Assembly (NCBI GenBank): GCA_965240325.2 | Contig: OZ251226.1 | Span: 2,356,001 to 2,420,000 of the forward strand | Length of the DNA: 64,000 bases | DNA from: Rebecca billardiae RCC1528 | Lineage: Eukaryota; Protista; Haptophyta | Direction: 5' to 3' | In this document: positions 63,525 to 64,000 of the stretch, piece by piece | How the letters are laid out: the number at the start of each line of letters is the position of its first letter | Numbering within the stretch: position 1 is the stretch's first letter | Notes under the pieces: generated by a model | Told to the model about the DNA's origin: nothing | Databases searched by the model: none | The model's input: the letters and a program-made list of their open reading frames with translations, nothing else | Translations under genes and position numbers: made by a program

Positions 63525-64000
63525 GATGCTTCGGTCAGCTGTGGCCGGCGACGCCCCTCCGGCGCCCGCCCAGCGCCGCGCGCGGCACCGCGCCGCTTCA
63601 AGCGGTCGCGGAGGATGGCGCAATTGATCTGGAAGCGCGCTTGAAAGCTCTCGATCGGCTGCTGCGGACCGACGCGTGCCCGACCTTGATTCGCCGGACC
63701 CGTTGAGAAAATCGTCGGATGACGCGAGGCCGTGGCGTTTTGCGGCCCAGATCCAGCCAGATCGCATCACAGCGAGCTTCTGTGCGTGAGCCCACCGTGT
63801 CCTGACGAACGAACTTGCGCGCGAGTTCCCAGCCCGCCAACCGTTGGAGACTTGGAGGCCATAAGGCCGCAACAATCGAACAAAACTTACAAAAGGGCCT
63901 AGTATTCATTTTCCATTTGCGGATAATCGCGTGGATTTGACGGGCCCTGGCTCTGCCTCTGAGTCGGTCATGAGTCACGGTGATGATAGCTAGACTACGG

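Overview
GC-rich, gene-dense eukaryotic nuclear DNA with short GT-AG introns (donors typically GTGCG/GTACG, acceptors CGCAG). A bipartite-targeted ClpS suggests an alga with a secondary plastid; a haptophyte is my inference. About 23 distinct protein genes are supportable: ClpS, CTNNBL1, an ankyrin protein, three sulfotransferase-like genes, a multidomain 2OG-Fe(II) oxygenase, Rpp14/Pop5-like, two EF-hand proteins, panC, aquaporin, RAB5IF/OPTI, kinesin, methyltransferase, amidase, VAMP7-like, NUDT6-like, canopy/saposin-like, Mpv17/PMP22, and a few unknowns. Five of them are duplicated by a near-identical 10.95-kb tandem duplication (34984-56883). The standout is a four-exon gene (27423-30787, minus) with ADAR architecture: two N-terminal dsRBDs and an apparently intact adenosine-deaminase domain. 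That domain has ADAR-type (not ADAT1-type) loop residues and an ADAR1-like second Zn site, and a third dsRBD is spliced into it. The gene lies directly beside a perfect 148-bp inverted repeat. Intergenic DNA carries several small repeat families, a recurrent 12-mer (TAGTAAACTGTA) and apparent micro-insertion scrambling. All homology calls are from motif recognition by eye, with no database searches.
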